Source: the human T2T-CHM13v2.0 reference genome, Homo sapiens. Taken from it: a stretch of 64,000 bases of DNA. The position numbers and the translations under genes were made by a program. The stretch lies in assembly GCF_009914755.1 (NCBI RefSeq), contig NC_060945.1. One strand, 5' to 3'. Below the pieces are notes generated by a model. That model was not told the DNA's origin and did not search any database. It saw only the letters and a program-made list of their open reading frames with translations. Below are positions 51,124 to 64,000 of this stretch, piece by piece. The number at the start of each line of letters is the position of its first letter. The first letter of the stretch is position 1.

Positions 51124-54100
51124 TGACACATCTCTGAACTGATCAACAAAGTGATGTAACAATTGTCTAGGCTCTGCCTACAGGGGCTTTGTGAAATATC
51201 TCTTCACTGATCACCCAGGTGATGGGACTTTTGTCTAGGCTCTGCCTATGTGGGCATTGTGACATATCTCTACACTGATCACCCAGGTGATGTAACTCTT
51301 GTGTTGGATCTGCCTATGGGGGCATTGTGACATATTTCTACACTGATCATCCAGGTGATGGGACTCTTGTCTAGGCTCTGTGTATGGGGGTTTTTGACAT
51401 GTCTCTGCACTGATCACACAGGTGATGTAACGCTTGACTAGGCTCTGCCTACGAGGCATAGTGACATATCACTGCATTGATCACCGAGGTGATGTAACTC
51501 TTCTCCAGGCTCTGACTATAGGGGGCCTTGTGACATATATCTGCACTGATCATCTAGGTGATGTAACTCTTGCTTATTCTCTGCCTGCAGAGGTATTGTG
51601 AAATATCTCTGCACTGATCACCCAGGTGACAGGACTCTTCTCTAGGCTGTGCCTCCTGTGGGCATTCTCACATATATCTGCACTGATCACCCAGGTGACA
51701 CACTCTTTTCCTGGATTTGCCTATGGGGTCATTGTGACATATCTCTGCAGTGATCACCCAGGTGATTTAACTCTGGTCTCAGCTCTGCCTAAAGGGGTAT
51801 TGTGACAGATTTCTGCACTGATCATTCAGGTGATGTAAGTATTGTCTAGGCTCTGCTTAAAGGGGCATTGTCACATATCTCTGCACTGATCACCCAGGTG
51901 ATGTAACTCTTGTCTAGGCTCTGTTTACATTGGGTATTGTGAAATATCTCTGCACTGATCACCTAAGTGATGTAACACTTGTGTAGGCTCTGCCTACAGG
52001 GGCACTTTGACATACCTCTGCACTGTTAACCGAGGTGATGTGACTGTTGTCTAGGCTGTGCCCACAGTGGGATTGAGACATATCTCTGCGCTGATTCCGA
52101 GGTGATCCAACTATTGCCTGTTCTCTGCCTACTGGGGACATTGTGACATATCTCTGCACTGATCTCCCAGGTGCTGTAAATTTAGTCCAGGCTCTGGCTA
52201 CACGGCATTGTGACATATCTGCACTGATCACCCAGGTGATATAACTCTTGTCTAGGCTCTGCCTACAGGGGGCTTGTGACATATCCCTACACTGATCACC
52301 CAGGTGATATAACATTTGTGTAGCCTCTGCCTACAGGGGCTTGTGACATATCTCTACACCGATCACCCACGTGATATAACTCTTCTCTAGGATCTGCCTA
52401 CATTGTGCTTTGTGACATATCCATGCAGTGATGACCCAGGTGATATACCATTGTCAAGGCTCTGCCTACAGTGGCTTTGCGATTTATCTCTGCACTGATC
52501 ACCTAGGTCATGTAACTCTTGCCTAGGCTCTGCTTACAGTGGCATTGTGTCATATCTCTGCAATGATCACCCAGGTGATGTAACTATTTTCTGGGATCTG
52601 CCTACTGGGTGCTTTGTGACATATCCCTGCAATGATCACCCAGGTGATGTACCACTTGTCAAGGCTCTGCCTACAGGGACATTGCGATGTGTCTCTGCAC
52701 TGACCACCTAGGACATGTAACCCTTGTCTAGGCTCTGCCTACAGTGGCATTGTGACATATCTCTGCACTCATCATCCAAGTGATGTAACACTTGTCTTGG
52801 ATCTGCTTAAAGGGACTTTGCGACATAACTCTGCGCTGATCATCCAGGTGATGGGACTTTTGTCTAGGCTCTGCCTAAGGGGGCATTGTGACATATTTCT
52901 GCACTGTTCACACAGGTGACCGACTCTTGTCTTGGATCTGCCTATGGGGGCATTGTGACATATCTCTGCACTGGTCACCCAGGTGATGTAACTGTTGTAT
53001 AAGCTCTGCCTACAGGGGAATTGTGAGAGATCTCGCCACTGATTAACCAAGTGATTTAACTATTTTCTAGGCTTTGCCTACAGGGGGCTTTGTGACATAC
53101 CTTTGCACTGATAAGCCAGGTGATGTAACTCATCTAAGTTCTGCCTAAGGGAGCTTTGTGACATATCTCTGCACTGACCATGTAGGTGATGTAACACTTT
53201 TATAAGCACTGCCTGCAAGGAATTTTGACAAATCTCTGCCCTGATCACCTAGGTGATGTAAATCTTGTCTACCGTCTCCCCAAAGGGGCCATTGGGAAAT
53301 ATCTCTGCACTCATAACCCAGGTGATTCTACTCTTGTCTAGGATCTGCCTAAAGGGGGTATTGTGAAATTTCTCTGCACTGATCAACTAGGTGATGTAAC
53401 TCTTGTCTAGGCTCTGTCTACCGGGGCGTTTTCACATATCCCTGAACTGATGACAAAGGTGATGTAACTCTTGCCTAGGCTTTGCCTACAGGGGACATTG
53501 TGACATATCTCTGTACTGATGACCCAGGTGATGCAACTCTTCTCTATGCTCTGCCTACAGGGGACATTGTGACACATCTCTGAACTGATCACCCAGGTGA
53601 TGCAACTCTTCTCTATGCTCTGCCTACAGGGGGCATTGTGACATATCTCTACACCGATCACCCAGGTGATGTAACTCCTTTCTAGTCTCTGCCTACCTAG
53701 GGCGTTGTGACATCACTCTGCACGGATCACCCGGGTTATGTAACTCTTGTCTAAGCTAACCTATCAGGGCATTGTGAATTATCTCTGCACTGACCACCCA
53801 GGAGATGTGACTCTTGTCAATGCTCTGCCTAGAGAGACATTGGGACATATCTCTGCACTGATCACTGAGGTGATGTAAAATTTGTCTAGGCTTCGCCTAC
53901 AGTGGGATTTATGACATATCTCTGCACTGATCACCCAGGTGATGTAACTCTTGTCTGGGCTCTGCCTACAGGGGCATTTTCACATATCACTGCACTGATC
54001 ACCGAGATGATGTAACTGTTGTATAGGCTTCGCCGACAGGGGACTTTGAGACATATCTCTGCACTGATCACCCAGGTGCTGCAACTCTTTTCTGGGATCT

Positions 54101-56227
54101 GCTTACAGGGGACATTGTGACATATCTCTGTCCTGATCACCCAGGTGATGTAACTCTTGTCTAGGCTCTGCCTACTGGAGGCATTGTGACATATCTCCGC
54201 ACTGATCACCCAGGTGGTGTCATTTTTGTCAAGGATATGGCCAGAGGGACATTGTGACATGTCACTGCACTGATCACACAGCTGATGTAACCCTTGTCTA
54301 GGCTCTGGATACAGGGGGCTTGTGACACATTTCTGCACTGATCACCCAGGTGATGGAACCGTTGTCTAGGCTCTGCCAAAAGGGGTTATTGTGACATAAC
54401 TCTGCAGTGATCACCGAGGTGATTGGACGCTGGTCTAGGCTCTGCCTACAGGGGCATTGTGACATATCTCTGCAGTGATCACGCAGGTGATGTAACTCTT
54501 GTCTATATCTACCTACTGGTGGAGTTGTGGCATATTTCAGCACTGGTCACCCAGGTGATGGACTCTTGTCTTGGATCTGCCTATGGGGGTATAGTGACAT
54601 ATCTCTGCACTGATCACTCATGTGATGTAACGCTTGTCTAAGCTGCGTCTAAAGGGGAATTGTGACAGATATCTCCAGTGATCCCCCAGGTGATGTATCA
54701 ATTTTCTGGGATTTGTCTACAGGGGGCTTTGTGACATATCTTTGCACTGATCACCCAGGTGATGTAACTGTTGTCTAGGCTCCACCTACAGGGGATATTG
54801 TGACGTATCTCTGCACTGATCACCCAGGTGATGTAACATTTATCCAGCCTCTGCCTACAGGGGCGTTTTGGCGTATCTCTGCACAGATCACCTAGGCTAT
54901 GTAACTCTTATCCACTCTCTGCCTACACGGGTCATTGTGAAATATCTCTGCCCTGATCAACCAGGTGATGGTACTCTTCTCTATACACTGCCTAGAGGGG
55001 GATTTGTGACATATCTCTGCACTGATCACCCAGGTGATGGAATTCTTGTCTAGGCTCTGTCTATGAGGGCATTTTGTCAAATATCTGCACTGATCACCCA
55101 GGTGATGTAACTATTCTCTAGGCTCTGTCTACAGGGATTTTAATGACATATCACTGCACTGATCACCTAGGTGGTGTAAGCCTTGTATGGGCTTTGCATA
55201 CAGAAGGCTTTGTGACATAGTCTATGCACTGATCTCTGAGGTGATGCTACTCTTGTCTAGGCACTGCCTACAGGGGTCATTGATATATATCTCTGCACTG
55301 ATCACCCAGGTGATGGACTCTTGTCTTAGATCTGCCTACATGTATATTCTGACACATATCTGAACTGATCAACCAAGTGATGAAACACTTGTCTAGTCTC
55401 TGCCTTCAGGGGCTTTGTGACACATCTCTTCACTGATAACCCTGGGGAGGGAACTCTTGTCTACACTCTGCCTACAGGAGGCTTTATGACTTTTACCTGC
55501 ACTGATAACCCAGGTGATGTAACACTTGTCTAGGCTCTGCTACAAGGGAATTCTCACATATCTCTGCACTGATCACCCAGGTGATGTAACTCCTGTCTAG
55601 GTTCAGCTACAGGAGCGTTTTGACATATCTCTGCACTGATCACCGAGGTGATGTAACCCTTGTCTAACCTCTGCCTAAAGGAGCATTGAGACAGATCTCT
55701 CCACTGCTCACCCAGGTGTTGTAACTATTGTCTGGGCTTTGCCTACAGGGGGCTTTGTGATATACATTTCCACTGATCAAACAGGTGATGTAACCCTTGT
55801 CAAGGTTCTGCTTACAGGGGCTTTGTGACATATCTCTTCCCTGATCACCCCAGGGAGGAAACACTTGTCTACACTCCGCCTACAGGAGGCTTTACAAACT
55901 ATCCCTGCACTGATCACTAGGAGATGTAACATTTCTAGGCTCTGTCTACACGGGAATTTTCACATATCTCTGCACTGATCACCTAAGTGATGTAACCCTT
56001 GTGTTGGTTGAGCCTACTGGGGATTTCTGACATACCTCTGCACTGATCACCGAAGTGATGTAAATCATTTCCAGGCTTTTTGTACAGGGGACATTGTGAT
56101 ATATCTCTGCACTTATCACCCAAATAATGCAAATCTTCTCTAGGCTCCACAGGGAGGGGGCATTGTGACATATTTCTGAACTTATCATCCAGGAGATGTA
56201 GCTCTTCTCCAGGCTTTGACTAAAGAG
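51124..56227. repeat. Diverged beta satellite spacer between cassettes 3 and 4 (5.1 kb)
   Basis: 68-bp monomers. Contains a single-copy version of the HOR monomer order at ~51,770-53,510. Confidence 0.95.
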
Positions 56228-56927
56228 TGTCAGAAGGTGTTGGGAGAGCCTCAGCCAGAATTTCCCAGATGGACAAGGGCACAGAGAGGCCAGCGGGCTC
56301 CCTTGCACGTCAGCCGGGGTGTTCAATGAGCCCAGGTCTAGCCATGAGGCCGGCAAAGAGAGCTAGACGTGTGCGTTCCGTGGCCAGGCGCTCCATGGTG
56401 GCAGCTGGGAGGCTGCAGGGAACGTGCAGGCTGGCGATGGTGGTGTGGAGGCGCAGAGTACGCGAGCCGCCGGAGGGGTGTCAGGCCTGGACGCTGCGTG
56501 GGCTTGGTGTTTCTCGGGATGGGGTTCTCCACCCAGCCCAGGGGAGGACGCATTTTCTGGGGTTGGGGTATGGGGTTGGGGAGGGTGTGGTCAGGCGGGG
56601 GTGGGGTGTTGGAAAGGCATGAGAGCTCTCCCCGTGTTGCTCCCACAGCCCAGGCGGCTGCCTGCACACTCGCACGTGCGCAGTAGGCGGCCCAACTGCT
56701 GGTACCTGGGCCAGCTCTGGGATCGCCGGGATACCCAGGAAAGAATGGCAGTTCTCTACTTTGGGGAGTCTCTCACCGGGCCTAGACCTAGAAAGCAGGA
56801 ATCCCAGGCCGGTCAGCCCCGTGGAGGGGGCGGGGGCAAGACACGACCCTCCATAGCCAGCCATGTGTTCCCCGCGAAAGAGAGGCCACAGCCCTGCCCC
56901 GGTCCGACCCCGTCCCAACCCCGCGTC

Positions 56928-58347
<1,420 letters not shown>

Positions 58348-58952
58348 CCCTGGGACAGCCCGCCCCACCCCAGAAGTGTCCCAGGGCGTCGAGGCCTGCG
58401 GCCGGATGGTGTTGGGTTGTGGGGGGAGGGCGTGGTGATGGTGGTGGTGGGGCCAGAGAGACAAAGAGGAAGGGGTCGAGGGGGAAGGGGTGAGGGGGGC
58501 ACGTTTCGGGGGACTGGCTGTCCAGACCTCTCCAGGAATCCCACGGGAACTGGAAGCTGCTCTCTGGGCTCCCACCTGTCTTCAGCAGGGAGAAACCAGC
58601 CTGGGAGGGTGGAGGGGTGTGTGGAACTGACCCTTCGTGGGAGTCTGGAGTGTTCCGGGCCCACTCTCCGTGAAGGAGGCAATGCCTGTGGGTGTCGCCA
58701 TTGCCGGGACAGTATCAGACTCGCAGACATGTGGCTCTCGTTCATTTCCACGTAGGAGACCAGAGCGAGACCCCAGAGAGAAGATGCCTCCCCAGCGTGA
58801 TGGCCTGACGATGGATTCCCGTGTGCCGCAACGTGGGGAGTCTGCAATGTGGCCGGTTTGGAAACTGGCAAGGAGAGCGAAGGCACCATGCCGGTCTTCC
58901 ACCCTTCCCTGCATGTTTCCGGGTGCCCGCAGAGCTCCAGGAGCAAACAGCA

Positions 58953-61900
58953 TGACACATCTTTGAACTGATCAACAAAGTGAGGTAACACTTGTCTAGG
59001 CTCTGCCTACAGGGGCTTTGTGACATATCTCTGCACTGATCACCCACGTGGTGGGACTTTTGTCTAGGCTCTGCCTATGGGGGCATTGTGACATATCTCT
59101 ACACTGATCACCCAGGTGATGTAACTCTTGTGTTGGATATGTCTGTGGGGGCATTGCGACATATTTCTGCACTGATCACCCAGGTGATGGGACTCTTGTC
59201 TAGGCTCTGTGTATGGGGGCTTTGTGACATATCTCTGCACTGATCACCCAGGTGATGTAACGCTTGATTAGGCTCTGCCTACGGGGCATAGTGACATATC
59301 ACTGAATTGATAATCGAGGTGATGTAACTCTTGTCCAGGCTCTGCCTATAGGGGGTCTTGTGACATATCTCTGCACTGATCACGTAGGTGATGTAACTCT
59401 TGCTTACGCTCTCCCTGCAGGGGCATTGTGAAATATCTCTGCACTGATCACCCAGGTGATGGGACTCTTCTCTAGGCTCTGCTTACTGGGGGAATTGTCA
59501 CATATGTCTGCACTGATAACCCAGGTGACGGACTCCTGTCTTTGATTTGCCTATGGGGGCATTGTGACATATCTCTGCACTGATCACCCAGGTGATGTCA
59601 CTCTGGTCTAAGCTCTGCCTAAAGGAGCATTGTGACAGTTCTCTGCACTGATCACTCAGGTGATGTCACTATTGTCTAGGCTCTGCTTAAAAGAGCCTTG
59701 TCACATATGTCTGCACAGATCATCCAGGTGATGTAACTCTTGTCTAGGCTCTTCTTACAGGGGGTATAGTGACAAATCTCTGCACTGATCACCTAAGTGT
59801 TGTAACACTTGTGTAGGCTCTGCCAACAGGGGGATTTTGACATATCTCTGCACTGTTAACCGAGGTGACGTAACTCTTGTCGAGGCTGTGCCCACAGGGG
59901 GATTGAGACATATCTCTGCACTGATGCCGGGGTGTTCTAACTCTTGCCTGGTCTCTGCCTACTGGGGTTACTGTGACATATCTCTGCACCAATCTCCCGG
60001 GTGCTGTAACTTTAATCTAGGCTCTGGTTACACGGAATTGTGACATATCACTGCACCCAAGTGATATAACTCTTGTCTAGGCTCTGTCTACATTGTTCTC
60101 GTGAGATATCTCTGCCCTGATCACCCAGGTGACATAACTCTTCTCTAGGATCTGCCTACAGGGTTCTATGTGACATATCCCTGCAATGATCACCCAGGTG
60201 ATATACCACTTGTCAAGGCTCTGCCAACAGGGGCATTGCGACACATCTCTGCACTGATCACCCAGGTAGTGTAACTGTTGTATAAGCTCTGCCTACAGCG
60301 GAATTGTGAGAGATCTCGCCACTGATCACCCAAGTGATGTAACAATTTTCTAGGCTTTGCCTATAATGGACTTTGTGACATACATTTGCACTGATCACCC
60401 AGGTGATGTAACTCATCTAAGTTCTGCCTACAGGAGCTTTGTGACATATCTCTGCACTGATCACTTAGGGTATGTAACAGTTTAATAAGCACTGCCTACA
60501 GGGAAATTGGACAAATCTCTGCACTGATCACCTAGGTGATGTAACTCTTGTCTACCCTCTGCCCAAAGGGGGCATTGTGAAATATCTCTGCAATGATCAC
60601 CCAGGTGATTCTACTCTTGTCTAGGATCTGCCCACAGGGGGTATTGTGAAATATGTCTACACTGATCAACTAGGTGATATAACTCCTGTCTAGGCTCTGC
60701 CTACAGGGGCGTTTTCACATATCCCTGAACTGATGACAAAGGTGATGTAACTCTGGCCTAGGCTTTGCCTACAGGGGACATTGTGACATATCCCTGCACT
60801 GATCACCCAGGTGATGCAACGCTTCTCTATGCTCTGCCTACAGCGGACATTGTGACATATCTCTGCACTGATCACCCAGTTGATGCAACTCTTCTCTATG
60901 CTCTGCCTACAGGGGGCATTGTGACATATTTCTGCACTGATCAACCAGGTGATGTAACTCTTTTCTAGTCTCTGCCGACAGAGGGCGTTGTGACATCACT
61001 CTGCACGGATCACACGGTTTATGTAAATCTTGACTAGGCTCTGCCTACGGGGGCATTTTCACATATCACTGCACTGATCACCGAGATGATGTAACTCTTG
61101 TATAGGCTTCGCCGACAGGGGGCATTGAGACATATCTCTGCACTAATCACCGAGGTGATGCAACTGTTGTCTGGGATCTGCTTACAGGCGGCATTGTGAC
61201 ATATCTCTGCCCTGATCACCCAGGTGATGTAACTCTTGTCTAGGCTCTGCCTACTGGAGACATTGTGACATATCTCCGCACTGATCACCCAGTTGATGTC
61301 ACTATTGTCAAGGATATGGCTATAGAGACATTGTGACATGTCACTGCACTGATCACAGAGCTGATGTAACTCTTGTCTAGGCTCTGGCAACAGGGGGCTA
61401 GTGACACATCTCTGCACTGATCACACAGGTGATGTAACTCTGTTCTAAGCTCTGCCTAAAGGGGCATTGTGACAGATCTCTGCACTGAGCACTCAGGTGG
61501 TGTAACTATTGTCTAGGCTCTGCTTAAAGGGGCCTTGTCACATATCTCTGCACTGATCACCCAGGTGATGTAACTCTTGTCTAGGCTCTGCTTACAGGGG
61601 GTATTGTGACATAACCCTGCACTGATCACCTAAGTGATGTAACACTTATGTAGTCTCTGCCTACAGTGGCATTTTGACATATCTCTGCACTGTTAACCGA
61701 GGTGATGAAACTCGTGTCTAGTCTGTGCCCACAGGGGGATTGGGACATATCTCTGCACTGATCCCGAGGTGATCCAACTCTTGCCTGGTCTCTGCCTACT
61801 GGGGACATTGTGACATACCTCTGCTCTGATCACCCAGGTGCTGTAACTTTAGTGTAGGCTCTGGCTACACGGCATTGTGACATATCACTGCACTGATTAC

Positions 61901-64000
61901 CCAGGTGATATAACTCTTGTCTAGGCTCTGCCTACAGGGGGCTTGTGACATATCTCTGCACTGATCACCCAGGTGATATAACTCTTCTCTAGGATCTGCC
62001 TACAGGGTGTTTTGTGAACTATCCCTGCAATGGTCACCCAGGTGATGTACCACTTGTCAACGCTCTGCCTACAGGGGCATTGCGAGATATGTCTGCACTG
62101 ATCACCTAGGTCAAGTAACTCTTTTATAAGCTCTGCCAACAGTGGCATTCTGACATATCTCTGCACTGATCACCCAGGTGACGTAACTCTTTTCTAGGAT
62201 CTGCTTACAGGGTGCTTGGTGACATATCCCTGCAATGATCACCCAGGTGATGTACCACTTGTCAAGGCTCTGCCTACAGGGACATTGCGTTTTATCTCTG
62301 CACTGATCACCTAGGTCATGTAACTCTTTTCTAGGCTCTGCCTATAGTGGCATTGTGACATATCTCTGCCCTGATCATCCAAGTGATGTAACTATTGTCT
62401 AGGATCTGCCTAAAGGGACTTTGTGACATAACTCTGCACTGATCATCCAGGTGATGGGGCTTTTGTCTAGGCTCTCCTAAGGAGGCATTGTGACATATTT
62501 TTGCACTGATCACCCAGGTGATGGACTCCTGTCTTGGATCTGCCTATGGGGGCATTGTGACATATCTCTGCACTGATCACACAGGTGATGTAACTGTTGT
62601 ATAAGCTCTGCCTACAGGAGAATTGTGAGAGATCTCCCCACTTATCACTCAATTGATGTAACTATTGTCTAGGGTTTGCCTAAAGGGGGCTTTGTGACAT
62701 ACCTTTTCACTGGTCACCCAGGTGATGTAACTCATCTAAGTTCTGCCTACAGAAGCTTTCTGAGATATCGCTGCACTGATCACTTAGGTGATGTAACACT
62801 TTTATAAGCACTGCCTACAGGGAATTTTGACAAATCTCTGCACTGATAACGTAGGTGATGTAACTCTTTTCTAGGATCTGCCTACAGGGTGCTTTGTGAC
62901 ATATCCCTGCAATGATCACCCAGGTGATGTACCACTTCTCAAGGCTCTGCCTACAGGGACATTGCGAAGTATCTCTGCACTGATCTCCGAGGTCATGTAA
63001 CTCTTGTCCACTCTCTGCCTATAGGGGGCATTGTGAAATATCTCTGCACTGATCACCCAGGTGTTGGGACTCTTCTCTATACTCTGCCTATAGGGGAATT
63101 TGTGACATACCTCTGCACTCATCACCCACGTGATGGAAGACTTGTCTGGTCTCTGTCTATGGTGGCATTGTGTCAAATATCTGCACTGATCACCCAGGTG
63201 ATTTAACTCTTGTCTAGGCTCTGTCTACAGGGATTTGTGTGACATATCACTGCACTGATCACCTAGATGATGTAAGCCTTGTTTAGGTTTGCCTACAGAA
63301 GGCTTTGTGACATATCTATGCACTGATCTCTGAGGTGATGCTACTCTTGTCTAGGCACTGCCTACAGGGGACATTGGTACATATCTCTGCACTGATCACC
63401 CAGGTGATGGACACTTGTCTTAGATCTGCCTACATGGACATTGTGACACATCTCTGAACTGATCAACCAAGTGATGAAATTCTTGTCTAGGCTCTGCCTT
63501 CAGGGCCTTTGTGACACATCTCTGCACTGATCACCCTGGGGAGGGAACTCTTGTCTACGCTCTGCCTACAGGAGGCTTTATGACTTTTACCTGCACTGAT
63601 AACCCAGGTGATGTAACACTTGTCTAGGCTCTGCCTACACGGGAATTCTCACATATCTCTGTACTGATCACCCGGGTGATGTAATTCCTTTCTAGGTTCA
63701 GCCTACAGGAGCGTTTTGACATATCTCTGCACTGATCACCCAGATGATGTAACCCTTGTCTAAGCTCTGCCTACAGGGGCATTGTGACAGATCTCTCCAC
63801 TGCTCACCCAGGTGATGTAACAATTGTCTGGGCTTTGCCTACAGGGGGCTTTGTGATATACATTTCCACTGATCAAACAGGTGATGTAACCCTTGTCAAG
63901 GTTCTGCTTACAGGGGCTTTGTGACATATCTCTACACTGATCACCCCAGGGAGGAAACACTTGTCTACTCTATGTCTACAGGAGACTTTACGACTTATCC
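58953..64000. repeat. Diverged beta satellite spacer right of cassette 4, open at window end
   Basis: 68-bp monomers. The last ~1 kb matches the sequence that precedes each cassette (MFPPWGD... ORF at 34756, 41840, 47797, 55664 and 63760). Confidence 0.95.

Overview
Primate, very probably human, heterochromatic DNA with no intact protein-coding gene. The species call rests on an AluYa5-type insertion. About 80% of the window is 68-bp beta (Sau3A/BSR) satellite in one constant orientation. Bases 1-~32,560 are a homogeneous beta-satellite higher-order repeat (HOR) array of about 17 units. The basic unit is 1,974 bp (29 monomers), with 28-, 26- and 38-monomer variants and nested multi-unit duplications. 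From ~32,560 onward the sequence is a compound macro-repeat. Four ~2.75-kb GC-rich D4Z4-like cassettes on the minus strand each carry a disabled DUX4-like double-homeobox gene, its promoter and a pLAM-like 3' junction. They are separated by 3-5 kb of diverged but mutually paralogous beta satellite, and a fifth cassette is predicted just beyond the window end. This architecture resembles the beta-satellite/D4Z4-like domains of acrocentric short arms and similar loci, but the chromosome cannot be fixed from sequence alone. Main observations: (1) the HOR unit is an amplified piece of the inter-DUX spacer, with ancestral bases kept at the array edge. (2) The position equivalent to the FSHD poly(A) signal is plain satellite here. 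(3) The pLAM-like segment is a decapitated DUX 5' end. (4) The pseudogenes leave complementary ORFs: HD1-only in copy 3 and activation-domain-only in copies 1 and 4. All comparisons with canonical DUX4, D4Z4, pLAM and Alu sequences are from memory and need alignment to confirm.
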